From: the human T2T-CHM13v2.0 reference genome, Homo sapiens
Direction: 5' to 3' (one strand)
DNA length: 64,000 nucleotides
NCBI RefSeq assembly: GCF_009914755.1
Contig: NC_060947.1
Part shown: piece by piece, positions 57,929-64,000 of the stretch
Layout of the letters: each line of letters starts with the position of its first letter
How positions within the stretch are numbered: the stretch's first letter is position 1
Translations under genes and position numbers: made by a program
Notes under the pieces: model-generated
Database searches by the model: none
Seen by the model: the letters and a program-made list of their open reading frames with translations, nothing else
Told to the model about the DNA's origin: nothing

Positions 57929-58288
57929 TGATATGATTTGGCTATGTCCCCACCCAAATCTCATCTTGAATTGTAGCTCCCATAATCCCCACATGTCATG
58001 GGAGGAACCTGGTGGGAGGTAACTGAATCATGGGGACGAGGTTTTCCCATGTTGTTCTCATGATAGTGAGTAAGTCTCATGAGATCTGATGGTTTTATAA
58101 ATTGCAGTTCTCCTGGACATGCTCTTTTGCCTACCACCACGTAAGGTATGCCTTTGCTCCTCCTTCACCTTCCGCAATGATTGTGAGGTCTCCCCAGCCA
58201 TGTGGAACTGTGTGTCCATTAAACCTCTTTTTCCTTATAAATTACCCAGTCTCAGGTATTCATAGCAGTATGAAAGTGGACTAATACA
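57929..58288 (+). mobile_element. THE1 solo LTR
   Basis: TGATATGATTTGGCT.TGTCCCCACCCAAATCTCATC...GGACTAATACA; TSD AAAGG/AAAGA. Confidence 0.9.
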
Positions 58289-58439
58289 AAAGATGAAACA
58301 GTGGACAAGAAGACAAGAAAGGAGAATATCTTTGTGACCTTTGTATGAAAAAGGATTTCCTAACCAGGACATAGAGAATACTAAACCTAAAGGAAACAAA
58401 ATGATGAATTGCTTATCTCTAAAATTAAGAACCACTAAG

Positions 58440-58696
58440 GGCTGGGAGCAGTGCGCCTGTAATCCCAGCATTTTGGGAGGCTGAGGCAGGGAGATCACCT
58501 GAGGTCAGGAGTTCAAGACCAGCCTGGTCAACATGGTGAAACCCTGTCTCTACTGAAAATACAAAAAATTAGCCGGGCATGGCGGCAGCCACCTTTAATC
58601 GCAGCTACTCTGGAGGCTAAGATAGGAGAATCGCTTGAACCCAGGATGCGGACCAGCCTGGGCAACAAGAGTGAAACTCCATCAAAAAAAAAAAAA
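58440..58696 (+). mobile_element. AluS with right-arm deletion
   Basis: GAACCCAGGATGCGGA joins CCAGCCTGGGC; TSD CCACTAAG. Confidence 0.85.
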
Positions 58697-58769
58697 CCCA
58701 CTAAGAAGAAAGTTAAAAATGCAAGAGTGGATCAGAGTGGAAGAAAATACTTACATGAAAACAAATGAT

Positions 58770-59062
<293 letters not shown>

Positions 59063-61025
59063 ACCAAATGACTTGTATATACTATATTAAAAGCACTCAT
59101 GCAGGACAGAGTAGCTAAAGAGTTGAAAGAGTCCTTCAAAAAAGAGAAATCCAATTGTCAGTAAAATTACAAAAAGGTGCTCAACTTCTTGGACATCAGA
59201 AAAATGCGAATTCAAATAACAATGAGGTATCACTATGAACATACCAGAAAGGGTAAACTTACAAAGATGGAAAATACCACATGACAGAGAGAATGTGGAG
59301 CACCTGGAACCATAATCATGCCCTACTGGTGAGAATGTAAATTGGTACAACCATTTTGGAAAACTATTAATGTTTTCTAAAGCTTGACATACTCTACGGC
59401 CTAAGAATCCCACCTCTATGGAAGAATATGCGTCAAACAACATGTGTTCGTGGGGCATTCACACTGGTACTATTCTTAATAGCTCCACATCTGAATAAGT
59501 AAATCTCCATCCACAGCTGAAAGGATACACAGATTGATGTATACTAAGGACATCCAGGCAGCAATATAAATGAATGAATTGTTTCATGCAACAGAATGCA
59601 TTGGTTTCTCATAAAATGCTCATGGCAAGAAGCCAAATACAAATAGAAATTGAGTGATTCCATTCTGATAAATTTCAAATACAGGCAAAACAAATATTGA
59701 GTTTTAAAAGTCAGGATGGTGGTGGTTACTCTTGTATGCTTGAGATATTTACTTTTTCAATAGTAGATGTTTACATTTTCATTTTATTACATTATGTTTA
59801 AAATTTTAATATTAATAAAATGTTATTTTTTAAATATGAATATGTTGATATTTTAATTAATCAATATAATAGATCAAATACTTTTCTTATTTAATATTTA
59901 TAAAATTATTAACTGTAATATAGACATAATATAATCTTAATGCAATAAATGTTGAATAAACTTTAATTAACATTATAGAAATAAAATATGTTAATATTAA
60001 TAATAATATTATTTTACTTGCAGAATGGATTTCAGCAGCTTGAAAGAAAATCCTGGAATAGGAACCACTCCAACACCAATATTGCTTATGGCACATGGCC
60101 CATCAATACCTTGAGTAAAAGTGAATTTCAGAGGAGTGAGGAGAATTTTAAAAACCTAACTCTTGAAACAATCTATTCTGCTTATGTTTTTAAGAGGCAT
60201 AAGAGTGATAAAGATAAAAGACTGTATGTTGAATAAATTCTAAAAGTACCACCTTGATAACAGAAAAACAAATATTCTAAGACTAAAAAAAAAAATAAAC
60301 AAAAAGAATTTATGCTAAAGATAAATGTTCAAACAAATGAAATGAATCTATCCTAAGGATAAATGTATTGCAGCCTTAATTAGAAAACAGAAATTCTAAA
60401 GAACTGAAATGTTTCATTGTACTGGAATAATGACATGTATTATGATATTAAGATATACCCATACAAAGTAGCATTTATAGAATGTTATGAAAAATGCATG
60501 ACAATATAGCAGCTCAAACAATGTTACACAGAAATATGTGTGTATGTTTTAAAAACACACTCACACACACACACCCTAACTGAGTGAAAGACAGATGCAT
60601 AGAAAATTTCTGAAAGGAAACCCACCAAAGTGCTGTTTCAGGAAATGATATTGAGATAATAGGTGACTTTCCCCCCCTACTTTCTAAATTATTTGTATTA
60701 TGGATCTTTAAAAAATAATAATTAATAATTTATAACAAAAATTACAGCTCAAAATAATGAATATTTTGAGTGTTTTGGATATAACATCAGCCAATCAGCC
60801 CTCTGGGAAAGAAATGAAGACAAGCTAATATCCCTGAAAGGAAAATATTTAAGCAATTGACTGTTGTAGATTTCAAGATGTGAGATAACCGTCAACTCAT
60901 TCAGACTTGTGTTCAACAACCGTTTGCCTTAGTATTGATACTGTGGCTTGACATTTACTTCTTCAAAACTATCTCTATATTACTGTGCTGTTTAAAGCAA
61001 GTAAGAAATAAGTAAGTAATGTTTA

Positions 61026-61202
<177 letters not shown>

Positions 61203-61224
61203 TTACTTGTTAAAAGTAATTATA

Positions 61225-64000
<2,776 letters not shown>

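Noticed and set aside
59780-60140. AT-rich tract followed by a + strand acceptor-like TTTTACTTGCAG and an 82-aa ORF
   Set aside because: Low-complexity flank, weak donors and no recognisable homology; not enough for an antisense exon

Overview
Primate (almost certainly human) genomic DNA, not microbial. The minus strand carries the 3' part of ANOS1 (KAL1, anosmin-1, the Kallmann syndrome gene, Xp22.31). Six coding exons (9-14; 147, 95, 172, 221, 142 and 59 coding nt) have GT/AG boundaries, splice in frame, and translate to the anosmin-1 C-terminus as I recall it ([11 protein letters not shown]...HHYKPSPERY*). A ~4.1 kb 3'UTR follows, ending near 35950. The intact frame and the presence of exon 9 argue for the X gene rather than the Y pseudogene ANOS2P/KALP. 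Positions 1-35.9 kb are repeat-rich downstream intergenic DNA: Alus, an SVA, MER11/MER4/MER50/MER57/THE1/MLT LTRs, MER44/MER30/MER5 DNA transposons and old L1/L2/MIR. The window ends in an internally deleted L1PA7/8-like element that starts ~47 nt from the exon 9 splice acceptor. Apart from the ANOS1 exons and decayed L1 ORF2, the ORF track is repeat or low-complexity noise. I found no convincing new biological system. The best leads are regulatory or evolutionary hypotheses: the L1 at the exon 9 branch point, the Alu-L1 deletion junction, a triple E-box palindrome, miR-200 and Pumilio sites in the 3'UTR, and orphan exon-like segments. Repeat subfamily names come from recalled consensus sequences, not from a search.
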